64,000 nucleotides of DNA from an uncultured Alistipes sp. (GTDB lineage: Bacteria > Bacteroidota > Bacteroidia > Bacteroidales > Rikenellaceae): the NCBI GenBank assembly GCA_944321945.1, contig CALUNE010000010.1:15560-79559 (forward strand). The letters are read 5' to 3'. This document shows, piece by piece, positions 19,684 through 28,306 of the stretch. The notes beneath the pieces are model-generated. The model saw nothing but the letters and a program-made list of their open reading frames with translations, was not told where the DNA came from and made no database searches. How positions within the stretch are numbered: the stretch's first letter is position 1; every line of letters begins with the position of its first letter. The position numbers and the translations under genes were made by a program.

Positions 19684-21024
19684 ATGAAAATCGTAATAGC
19701 GGGAGCCGGAGAGATGGGCAGCCATCTGGCACGCATGCTCAGCGGCAACGGACACGACATCACGGTGATTGACAGCGATCAGAAGCTGCTGGCCGAGGTG
19801 GGGGCCCTGGCCGACGTAATCACGGTCGAGGGGGATTCGACCACCTTTGCGGTGCTGCGCCGTGCGGCGGTCCGCAAGTGCGACCTGTTCATCGCCGTCA
19901 ACCACGAGGAGAATGACAATATCGTGGCGGCGATGCTGGCCAAGAAGCTCGGGGCGCGGAAATCCATCGCCCGCATCGACAACAACGAATACCTCGAACC
20001 CAACAACAAGGAGATGTTCATCGACATGGGCATCGACTACCTGTTCTATCCCGAGAAGGTGGCGGCCCGCGAGGTCATCAACCTGCTGGGCCATACCTCG
20101 ACGACGGAGTACGTCGACTTTTCGAGCGGCAAGCTGTCGCTGGTGGTCTTCCGGCTCGAACCGGCCTCGCCGCTGGTGGGGCAGGTGCTGTCGGGATTCG
20201 ACGACGACCAGGCTCCGTTGAGCTACCGCACGGTGGCCATCACGCGCGGCGGGCAGACCATCATCCCGCGCGAGGGCGAGGAGTTCATGGAGGGCGACAT
20301 GATTTACGTCATCGCCCGCCAGGATGCCGTCCACGAGGTGATGGAGTTCTCCGGACAGTCGAACATCGAGATCCGCAACATGATGATTCTGGGCGGATCG
20401 CGCATCGGCATCCGCGTGGCCACGGAGCTGCAGGACGAGGTGAACATCAAACTCATCGACTACAATGCCGAGAAGGCCTACCGACTGGCCGAGATGCTGG
20501 ACAAGACGCTGATCATCAACGAGGACGGCCGCAATACGGACGCCATGATGGAGGAGGGTCTGTCGAACATGGACGCCTTCGTGGCCGTAACGGGCCGCAG
20601 CGAGACGAACATCCTGGCGGCGATGCTCGCCAAGCGGATGGGTGTCAAGAAGGTGATCGCCGAGGTTGAGAACCTGAACTACATCAACCTGGCCGAGTCG
20701 ATCGGTATCGACACGATCATCAACAAGAAACTGGTGACGGCGTCGAACATCTTCCGCTTCACGATGTCGACCGACGTGCAGGCGATCAAGTGCCTGACGG
20801 GCAGCGACGCCGAGGTGCTGGAGTTCATCGTCAAGCCCAATTCGCCGGCAACCAAGTGCCGGATCAAGGATCTGGGGCTGCCCGAGGATACGATCATCGG
20901 CGGCATCGTGCGCGGCGACAAGGTCTTCATCGCCGTGGACAACATGGAGATCAACCCCTACGACCGGGTGGTGGTATTTGCCATGCCGGCTTCGGTGGGC
21001 AAAGTGGGATATTATTTTAACTGA
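19684..21024 (+). CDS. trkA: Trk potassium uptake NAD-binding subunit TrkA
   Basis: MKIVIAGAGEMG and MILGGSRIG Rossmann motifs; two RCK-N/RCK-C repeats. Confidence 0.95.
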   Translation: MKIVIAGAGEMGSHLARMLSGNGHDITVIDSDQKLLAEVGALADVITVEGDSTTFAVLRRAAVRKCDLFIAVNHEENDNIVAAMLAKKLGARKSIARIDNNEYLEPNNKEMFIDMGIDYLFYPEKVAAREVINLLGHTSTTEYVDFSSGKLSLVVFRLEPASPLVGQVLSGFDDDQAPLSYRTVAITRGGQTIIPREGEEFMEGDMIYVIARQDAVHEVMEFSGQSNIEIRNMMILGGSRIGIRVATELQDEVNIKLIDYNAEKAYRLAEMLDKTLIINEDGRNTDAMMEEGLSNMDAFVAVTGRSETNILAAMLAKRMGVKKVIAEVENLNYINLAESIGIDTIINKKLVTASNIFRFTMSTDVQAIKCLTGSDAEVLEFIVKPNSPATKCRIKDLGLPEDTIIGGIVRGDKVFIAVDNMEINPYDRVVVFAMPASVGKVGYYFN

Positions 21025-21107
21025 CGGGGAGCGGGCGCGAACGGCTGCCGGGCTGAGCAGAGGCCCGGACCGCAAGCCGGACGATGCTTCGGCCCCATGC
21101 TGGAAAA

Positions 21108-22595
21108 ATGTCTTTGCGAAATTTCATACTCAGAGCGTGGTTCTCGCAGCGCGAACGGTCGATCGACCGCTTCCGCCGGCATCCGGTCGAGACGCAGATG
21201 CGGATGTTCCGCCGGCTGATTCGGCGAGGCAGCATCACGGAGTTCGGCGAACGCTACGACCTGCGGCATATCCGCACGGTGGAGCAGTTCGAGACACTGG
21301 TGGCGACGTTCGACTACGAGACCTTCAAGCCCTATATCGAGCAGATGCGCGCCGGGGCATGGAACGTGACGTGGCCCGGACGGGTGTCGCTGTTCGCACG
21401 CTCGTCGGGCACGACCTCCGACCGCAGCAAATACATCCCGGTGACGGTCGAATCGCTGTGGTGCAACCATACGCTCGGCATGCGCGACGTGGCAACGGTC
21501 TACGCCGCCAATTATCCCCGCAGCCGGGTGCTCGAGGGCAAGACCCTGACGCTGGGCGGATCGTGCGTGGCGGAGGGGCGCAACCTGGTGGGCGACCTCT
21601 CGGCGCTGCTGATCCACGAGACGAAGTTCTGGAGCGGCTGGTTCCGCGCGCCGCGCATCGAGACGGCGATCATTCCGGATTTCGATGCCAAGTGCGAGGC
21701 GATCTGCCGCGAATGCACGGGCGAACACATCACGGCCTTTGCCGGAGTTCCGTCGTGGAATCTGGCGCTGATGCGCCGCGTGCTGGAGTACACCGGGCGG
21801 CGGAATCTGCTGGAGGTGTGGCCCGATCTGGAGATGTTCGCCCACGGCGGGGTGGAGTTCACCCCCTATCGGCGTTCGTTCGAGGAGCTGATCCCCTCGC
21901 CCGAGATGCACTACATGGAGACCTACAACGCCTCGGAGGGCTTCTTCGCGCTGGCCGACGATCCGTCGCGTGACGACATGCTGCTGATGTTGGACTACGG
22001 CACCTTCTTCGAGTTCCGCCACGGCGAGACGATCGTTCCGCTCGAGGGGGTCGAGTGCGGCAAGGTTTATGCCGTGCTGATCACGTCGAACAACGGCCTG
22101 TGGCGCTACGAGATCGGCGACACGGTGGAGTTTACCTCGACGAATCCCTACCGGATCCGTTTTGCGGGGCGTACACGTCAGTATATCAATGTATTCGGGG
22201 AGGAGCTGATTGTCGACAACGCCGAGCGGGCCCTGGCCATGACGTGCCGGCGGACGGGTGCCGTGGTGAGCGAATATACGGTCTCGCCATGCTACATGTC
22301 GCTGCGCGAGCGGGGGGCTCACGAGTGGATCGTGGAGTTCGACCGCGAGCCGGATTCCATGGAGCACTTCGCCGCGACGCTTGACGAGGAGTTGCGGGCC
22401 GTCAATTCGGACTACGATGCCAAACGGCGCACGACGCTCGAGCGGCAGCACGTGTTGTGCATGCCGCGCGGGGGCTTCCTGGCCTGGATGCGGGCGCGGG
22501 GCAAGAACAAGGTGCCGCGCCTGATGAACGACCGCCGGGTGGCCGACGATGTGAAGGCCTTCGCGGGGATCGGTGGCGAAAACACGCCCCGGTAA
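21108..22595 (+). CDS. GH3-family acyl-acid amido synthetase-like protein
   Basis: SSGTT.DRSKYIP, ETYNASEGFF, LWRYEIGD, GR....INVFGEE and NKVPRL motifs. Confidence 0.9.
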   Translation: MSLRNFILRAWFSQRERSIDRFRRHPVETQMRMFRRLIRRGSITEFGERYDLRHIRTVEQFETLVATFDYETFKPYIEQMRAGAWNVTWPGRVSLFARSSGTTSDRSKYIPVTVESLWCNHTLGMRDVATVYAANYPRSRVLEGKTLTLGGSCVAEGRNLVGDLSALLIHETKFWSGWFRAPRIETAIIPDFDAKCEAICRECTGEHITAFAGVPSWNLALMRRVLEYTGRRNLLEVWPDLEMFAHGGVEFTPYRRSFEELIPSPEMHYMETYNASEGFFALADDPSRDDMLLMLDYGTFFEFRHGETIVPLEGVECGKVYAVLITSNNGLWRYEIGDTVEFTSTNPYRIRFAGRTRQYINVFGEELIVDNAERALAMTCRRTGAVVSEYTVSPCYMSLRERGAHEWIVEFDREPDSMEHFAATLDEELRAVNSDYDAKRRTTLERQHVLCMPRGGFLAWMRARGKNKVPRLMNDRRVADDVKAFAGIGGENTPR

Positions 22596-22630
22596 GTCGG
22601 CTGTCGTCCCGGAAGAGCCGGACCCGGGGC

Positions 22631-22790
22631 GGAAGCCGTCGGGTTGACGACGGAGGGGGCGGAAGCAGGCGGTTTGATGACGGAGAGGTCGGAAGCCGTC
22701 GGGTTGACGACGGAGGGGCCGGAAACGGGCGGTTTGATGACGGAGAGGTCGGAAGCTGTCGGGTTGATGACGGAGGGGCCGGAAACGGGC
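22631..22790. repeat. 30-bp tandem repeat (5.3 units, alternating A/B variants)
   Basis: Units like GGAAGCCGTCGGGTTGACGACGGAGGGGCC alternate with units like GGAAACGGGCGGTTTGATGACGGAGAGGTC. Confidence 0.9.
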
Positions 22791-22917
22791 CGTATTGTTG
22801 CCGGACTGTTGCCGGAGCGGAGACCGGAAGCGGGCGGTGCTGTCGGCGGGCCTGTGGGGGGCGGAGAGTTCCCGACCCTTGAAAAAATAGAGATTAATCC
22901 ATAAACCACATACGGTC

Positions 22918-23538
22918 ATGTACATAGCCATTGCAGGAAATATCGGGAGCGGCAAGACGACGCTGACCGAGATGCTGACGCAGCGTTACGATGCCAAGTG
23001 CTATCTGGAGGAGTGTGACAACCCCTACATCGGCGATTTTTACGAGGACATGAACCGTTGGGCGTTCCATCTTCAGATTTCGTTCCTCGGAAGCCGGATC
23101 CAGCAGACGATGGACATGCTCTCGGACAACAAGTCGGGGGTGATCTTCCAGGACCGCACGATCTACGAGGATGCACACATCTTTGCCGACAACCTCCATG
23201 AAATGGGGCTGATGTCGACGCGCGACATCGAGACCTACATGAAGATCTTCCGGCTGGTGACCTCGTTGATCCCGCAGCCCGATCTGCTGATCTATCTGAA
23301 GGCGAGCGTTCCGACGCTCATCTCGCAGATCCGCAAACGGGGCCGCGAATACGAGATGAACATCGATGAACTCTACCTCAAACGCCTGAACGACAAATAC
23401 AACCACTGGATCGACGATATCTACCAGGGCGAGGTCTATGTCGTGGACAAGGATCATGAGGATTTCGTTTCGGATCCGCAGGTCTTCGAGCGGATCTGCG
23501 CCCGTCTGGATGCCCTCAAAGCCGGTCAACAGCGATGA
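22918..23538 (+). CDS. Deoxynucleoside kinase
   Basis: IAIAGNIGSGKTT P-loop; DRTIYED, PDLLIYL and RGREYE motifs. Confidence 0.93.
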   Translation: MYIAIAGNIGSGKTTLTEMLTQRYDAKCYLEECDNPYIGDFYEDMNRWAFHLQISFLGSRIQQTMDMLSDNKSGVIFQDRTIYEDAHIFADNLHEMGLMSTRDIETYMKIFRLVTSLIPQPDLLIYLKASVPTLISQIRKRGREYEMNIDELYLKRLNDKYNHWIDDIYQGEVYVVDKDHEDFVSDPQVFERICARLDALKAGQQR

Positions 23539-25019
23539 GTCTGCCCGAACGATTTGTCGAGCGTCTCCTGCGGGACCTCGGCCCGGAGGAGGGGCGGGCG
23601 CTGTGTGAGGCGCTGGAGAGGGAGGCTCCGACTTCGGTCCGTTTCCATCCGGCCAAGGGCGGTGCGGAACCGATCTCCGGTCCGCAGGGAGCAGCCGGGA
23701 CGGCCGATCCGGTGGGGACTGTTGTTGTCGGGACGGCTGAAGTGGCCGATCCGGCCGGGACGGCGGGGTTGTCCGTCGGATGTCCGCATCTGCCGCTGTC
23801 GGAGCGTGTGCCCTGGTGTGACGCGGGATGGTACCTGCGTGAACGACCGTCGTTTACGTTCGATCCCGACTTTCATGCCGGCGCCTATTACGTGCAGGAG
23901 GCTTCGTCGCAGTTTGTCGGTTACCTGCTTCGGGGAATGCTTCCCGCGGGGGCGCGTCTGCTGGATCTCTGTGCGGCACCGGGCGGCAAGACGACCCTCT
24001 ATGCCTCGCTGGTCGGATGCGACGGACTGGTCGTGGCCAACGAGATCGACCGCCGGAGGGCCTCGGTACTGGCCGACAACGTCCGCAAGTGGGGAACGGG
24101 CAACGTGGCCGTGACGTGTTGCGATGCCGCCTCGCTGGGGCGCTTCGAGGCGTGGTTCGACGTCGTGGCGGTCGATGCCCCCTGCTCGGGCGAGGGGATG
24201 TTCCGCAAGGATCCCGCCGCACGTCAGGAGTGGAGCGAAGCGAACGTCCGCCTGTGTGCCGCGCGGCAGGACGAGATTCTGCGCGAGGCGTGGCGAGCTC
24301 TGAAACCGGGTGGCGTGCTGTTGTACAGCACCTGCACGTTCAACCGCGACGAGGACGAGGGTTCGTTGGAACGGATGCTGGCCTGGGCCGGCGACGAGGT
24401 GACGGAGGCGGATCCCGAGGCCGTCGATCGGTCGTGGGGGATCTGTTGCGGAGAGGTGGGGCCGTTCCGCACCTACCGGTTCTATCCTCACCGGGCATGC
24501 GGCGAGGGCTTCTTCGCAGCCGTGGCCCGCAAGTCGGCGGAGGCCGATGCACGGATGCGGACCCCGCGGGCACGGCGGAGTGTCGTGTCGGCCGTCGACC
24601 GGAAGTGTGTCGCAGAGTTGTCGCGCTGGCTCCGCGAGCCCGGAGAGATGCGTTTCGGCATCGTCGGCGATACGTATTATGCCTGGTATGCCGGGCAGGC
24701 CGAGGAGGTGCGGATGCTCTCCGAGGCACTGCCGGTGATCGGTTCGGGAGTGGCGCTGGGACAGCTCTTCAAGGGGGTGCTGAAGCCCGATCCGGCGCTG
24801 GCCTTCTTCCCGGGGCTGAACCGGGAGGCTCTTCCCGTGGCCGAACTGGATGAACAGGAGGCACTGCGCTATCTGCGACGTCAGGAGATCGCGGCCGGAG
24901 CACTGGCCGAGGGAATGAACCTCATCACGGTGCGCGGCCGCGGACTGGGCTTTGCCAAACGGATCGGTGGACGGGTCAATAACCTGTACCCCAATTCATT
25001 GCGAATTATGAAACAATAG
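23535..25019 (+). CDS. RsmF/RsmB-type rRNA m5C methyltransferase
   Basis: YYVQEASS, LDLCAAPGGKT, DAPCSGEGMFRK and YSTCT motifs; PUA-like C-terminus. Confidence 0.92.
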   Translation: MSLPERFVERLLRDLGPEEGRALCEALEREAPTSVRFHPAKGGAEPISGPQGAAGTADPVGTVVVGTAEVADPAGTAGLSVGCPHLPLSERVPWCDAGWYLRERPSFTFDPDFHAGAYYVQEASSQFVGYLLRGMLPAGARLLDLCAAPGGKTTLYASLVGCDGLVVANEIDRRRASVLADNVRKWGTGNVAVTCCDAASLGRFEAWFDVVAVDAPCSGEGMFRKDPAARQEWSEANVRLCAARQDEILREAWRALKPGGVLLYSTCTFNRDEDEGSLERMLAWAGDEVTEADPEAVDRSWGICCGEVGPFRTYRFYPHRACGEGFFAAVARKSAEADARMRTPRARRSVVSAVDRKCVAELSRWLREPGEMRFGIVGDTYYAWYAGQAEEVRMLSEALPVIGSGVALGQLFKGVLKPDPALAFFPGLNREALPVAELDEQEALRYLRRQEIAAGALAEGMNLITVRGRGLGFAKRIGGRVNNLYPNSLRIMKQ

Positions 25020-25021
25020 AT

Positions 25022-25963
25022 ATGGCCGAACGAATTTTTTATACGATGGGCGAAGTGGCCGAGATGTTCGATGTCAACACCTCGTTGATCCGCCACTGGG
25101 AGACGCAGTTCCCGATGTTGCGTCCCAAGCGCAACAAGAAGGGCAACCGCCTCTTCACTCCGCAGGATGTCGAGTATCTGAAGATGATCTATCACCTGGT
25201 CAAGGAGTGCGGCATGACGCTCGACGGGGCGAAGAAGGCGCTCCGCAAGGGGAGTTCCGCGAAGGGGCTCGAACGCGACATGCAGCTTATGGAGCATCTG
25301 CAGCGGATCCGGGCGATGCTGGTCGAGGTGCGCGAGGACCTGAAGGCATCGGAGGGTGAGCTGGTTGATGACGATGAGGATCTGCAGCCGGTTTCGGAGA
25401 TGGTCTCGGTGGAGGCGTCGGCTGAAATGCCCGTGGTGACACCTGGGGAGGTGTCGGATGAAGGATCGGAAGCATCGGCAATTGTAGAACCCGAAGGGGA
25501 GAAACTTCCCGAAGTGTCGGTCGAGAATCCCGTTTCGCCATTGCATCCGGAACCGGACGTTGAGGAGGCGTCCGTTGAGGAACCGTCCGTTGAGGAGGCG
25601 TTCGTTGACGGGGAAGCTGTGGAGGAGGCGGTTGTCGGAGCGGATCCCGTGGCGGGGGAGCCCGTTGCGGAGGCATGTGCCACGGATGAACCTTCGGTAA
25701 ACGAGGTTGCCGGTGAGCCTGACGTGAAATCCGAAGCGGCTCCTGTTGCCGGATCCGCCGGGACGATTCCGACGATGTTCCCCGAGATGCCGGTGACGGA
25801 GAAACCGGCTTCCGAGGCGGCTGATGCGCATGATGCCGGGCTGCCGGAGGAGGGGAGCGGTCAGCCTCCCCTGCGTACGAGCCGTAAGCCGCGCAGGAAG
25901 AGGGACAAGGAGGAGGTCGAAAACAAGGAGCTGTTCGCCTTCTACGAGCAGTCGCTCTTCTGA
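25022..25963 (+). CDS. MerR-type HTH protein with long acidic disordered tail
   Basis: YTMGEVAEMFDVNTSLIRHWE..F..LRPKRNKKGNRLFT; ~200-aa E/P/A/V-rich tail. Confidence 0.88.
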   Translation: MAERIFYTMGEVAEMFDVNTSLIRHWETQFPMLRPKRNKKGNRLFTPQDVEYLKMIYHLVKECGMTLDGAKKALRKGSSAKGLERDMQLMEHLQRIRAMLVEVREDLKASEGELVDDDEDLQPVSEMVSVEASAEMPVVTPGEVSDEGSEASAIVEPEGEKLPEVSVENPVSPLHPEPDVEEASVEEPSVEEAFVDGEAVEEAVVGADPVAGEPVAEACATDEPSVNEVAGEPDVKSEAAPVAGSAGTIPTMFPEMPVTEKPASEAADAHDAGLPEEGSGQPPLRTSRKPRRKRDKEEVENKELFAFYEQSLF

Positions 25964-26104
25964 GCCCGGACCGGAAGGTGCGTGGTCGGTAGAGATCGAC
26001 AAATCGGTACAGAGCTGAAAATTCAACTGCAGCGGGGCGTGCGGAGCGATCGTGCGGCTGATCGTCCGGCTTGGTTCCCGAATTATGCTAATAAACTGTT
26101 TGCT

Positions 26105-26890
26105 ATGAAAATCAAGGAGATAACAGATGTTATCGAACGCTTTGCTCCGCTTGGGTGGCAGGAATCGTATGACAATGCGGGACTTATCGTCGGATGCGAA
26201 GACGATGAGGTCCATCGGGCGCTGCTGGCCGTGGACGTTACCGAGGAGGTTCTCGACGAGGCTCGGGACGAGGGGTGCGATCTGGTCATCACGCACCATC
26301 CGATCATCTTCCACGCCCTGAAGCGCTTCAATTCGGCCGATCCCGTGCAGCGGTGTGTCGAACGGGCCATCCGCGACCGCATCGCCCTCTATGCCTGTCA
26401 CACGAACCTCGACAGTGCTCCCGACGGTATGAGCTGGCGTCTGGCCGACATGTTGGGAATCACCGCGCTGGAGGTCCTGCAGCCCGCTCCGTCGGGCGAC
26501 GGCGTCGGATTCGGGGTTGTGGGCGATCTGCCCGAGGCGGTCGATATGGTCGAGTACCTGCACCGGGTCCGCCGGCGCCTCGGGGTGGGGGCCATTCGTC
26601 ACAGTGATATCGTCCGCCCGACGGTGCGCCGTGTGGCCCTCTGTACGGGTGCCGGCGCCTCGCTGATTGCCGATGCCCGCCGCGCCTGCGCCGACCTCTA
26701 CATCACGGCCGATCTCAAGTACAACGATTTCATGACCCCCGATCGGGACCTGGTCGTGGCGGATGTCGGTCATTTTGAGAGCGAATATTGCGCAATTCAG
26801 CTATTATTTGATGTTTTGTCGAAAAATTTACGTACCTTTGCGGTTCGCAAGAGTGAACGCTCGCGCAATCCGGTGAATTATCTGATGTAA
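26105..26890 (+). CDS. Nif3-like dinuclear metal-centre protein
   Basis: QESYDNAGL, ITHHP, HTNLD and GHFESE motifs; ATG at 26105. Confidence 0.93.
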   Translation: MKIKEITDVIERFAPLGWQESYDNAGLIVGCEDDEVHRALLAVDVTEEVLDEARDEGCDLVITHHPIIFHALKRFNSADPVQRCVERAIRDRIALYACHTNLDSAPDGMSWRLADMLGITALEVLQPAPSGDGVGFGVVGDLPEAVDMVEYLHRVRRRLGVGAIRHSDIVRPTVRRVALCTGAGASLIADARRACADLYITADLKYNDFMTPDRDLVVADVGHFESEYCAIQLLFDVLSKNLRTFAVRKSERSRNPVNYLM

Positions 26891-26913
26891 GTCTAAACTA
26901 TACAGTACATTAT

Positions 26914-27675
26914 ATGGCAACACAAAAGAAAACTTCCGACGTTGATTATTCGATGCAGGAGAAGATTCTGGCACTTTACGAGTTGCAGAAGATCGACAGC
27001 AAGATCGACCAGATCAACAAGGTGAAAGGTGAACTGCCTCTCGAGGTCCAGGATCTCGAGGATGAAATGGCCGGGATGAAGACCCGTATCGACCACATCA
27101 ACGCCGAGATCGAGGAGCTGAATGCCCTGACCAAACAGCGCAAACGTGAGATTGATCAGGCCAAAATCATGATCGGCAACTACAAGGAGCAGCAGAACAA
27201 CGTCCGCAACAACCGGGAGTTCGATGCCATCTCCAAGGAGATCGAGTATCAGGAACTCGAGATCGAACTGGCCGAAAAACGCCTCAAGGAGTATGCTGCC
27301 GGCATCAAGGCCAAGAAACTCCAGCTGGAGGAGGCCGAAAACCTCTCGAAGGACCGCTCGGCCGATCTGGCCGCCAAGAAGAGCGAACTCGAGGGCATCG
27401 AGGCCGAAACCGCACCGCAGGTAGCCGAATACGAGGCTCAGCGCGAACAGGTCAAGGGCAAGATCGACGAACGCCTGCTGGCAGCCTACGACCGCATCCG
27501 TCGCAACGTCCGCAACGGTCTGGCCGTGGTGACGGTCAAGCGTGACGCCTGCGGAGGCTGCTTCAACCGCATTCCGCCCCAGCGTCAGGTCGACATCCGT
27601 CAGGGCAAGAAGATCATCGTCTGCGAGTATTGCGGCCGCATTCTGGTGGCCGATCCCGAAGCCGCCCAGGAGTAA
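26914..27675 (+). CDS. Coiled-coil C4 zinc-ribbon protein (DUF164/CT398-like)
   Basis: Long coiled coil; ACGGC....CEYCGRIL; promoter TACCTTTG at 26833-26840 inside the upstream gene. Confidence 0.9.
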   Translation: MATQKKTSDVDYSMQEKILALYELQKIDSKIDQINKVKGELPLEVQDLEDEMAGMKTRIDHINAEIEELNALTKQRKREIDQAKIMIGNYKEQQNNVRNNREFDAISKEIEYQELEIELAEKRLKEYAAGIKAKKLQLEEAENLSKDRSADLAAKKSELEGIEAETAPQVAEYEAQREQVKGKIDERLLAAYDRIRRNVRNGLAVVTVKRDACGGCFNRIPPQRQVDIRQGKKIIVCEYCGRILVADPEAAQE

Positions 27676-27880
27676 TACCGGGCGCTGCAGCCGCCGTTTC
27701 GGCGCCTATGGGGGGGTAGAGAGATGGAGTGATAGAAGAGGCGCCAGGAAGATAGGAGGCGCCAGGGAGAGGGGAGGAGACAGACGGAGATAGAGGCCGA
27801 ATGCCGAATATAGAGAGGGCGGTGAAGGACTGAAGACCGAAGCTGGAGGCCCGAAACCGAAAGAGCTTGCCATACTCCGG

Positions 27881-27954
27881 CCGAAATACGTCGACCGAAA
27901 TACGTCGACCGAAATACGTCGACCGAAATACGTCGGCCGAAACACGTCGACCGA
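27881..27954. repeat. 14-bp tandem repeat (5.3 units)
   Basis: CCGAAATACGTCGA repeated at 27881, 27895, 27909, 27923 and 27937. Confidence 0.92.
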
Positions 27955-28141
27955 TCTCCCCGCCGACCGAAAAAGGCGTTTCGAAAGGCGGCGGATCCTC
28001 CGAATCGTTCCGACCGAAACAGATCGGACTGACCTCCTCGCCGGCCGGCATGGATGGCTGCGGAGAGGGTGAATTTTCAAAACGACAGACGCTCGGAAAC
28101 CGCCTGCGAAGAGTTGCCTGGCGGATACATACGTGTAATGG

Positions 28142-28175
28142 AAACGGGATTCCGGAATTGTCCGGGATCCCGTTT
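28142..28175. terminator. Hairpin / probable terminator upstream of the nadE promoter
   Basis: AAACGGGATTCCGGA-ATTG-TCCGGGATCCCGTTT. Confidence 0.7.
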
Positions 28176-28306
28176 GCGTATGCGGTGATTTTTTAAGATT
28201 TTTTTGTAACTCGCTATGTTAATTTATTAACACTGAAAAGTTTTCCGAGTTTTGCAAATAATCCTTAAATTTGCCGCGATGGATTCTTCCGACTTAAATT
28301 ACTGCC

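Noticed and set aside
22631-22790. Possible CRISPR arrays (also 27881-27954, 51557-51684 and 58659-58784)
   Set aside because: The units are head-to-tail with no unique spacers, and there are no cas genes in the window.
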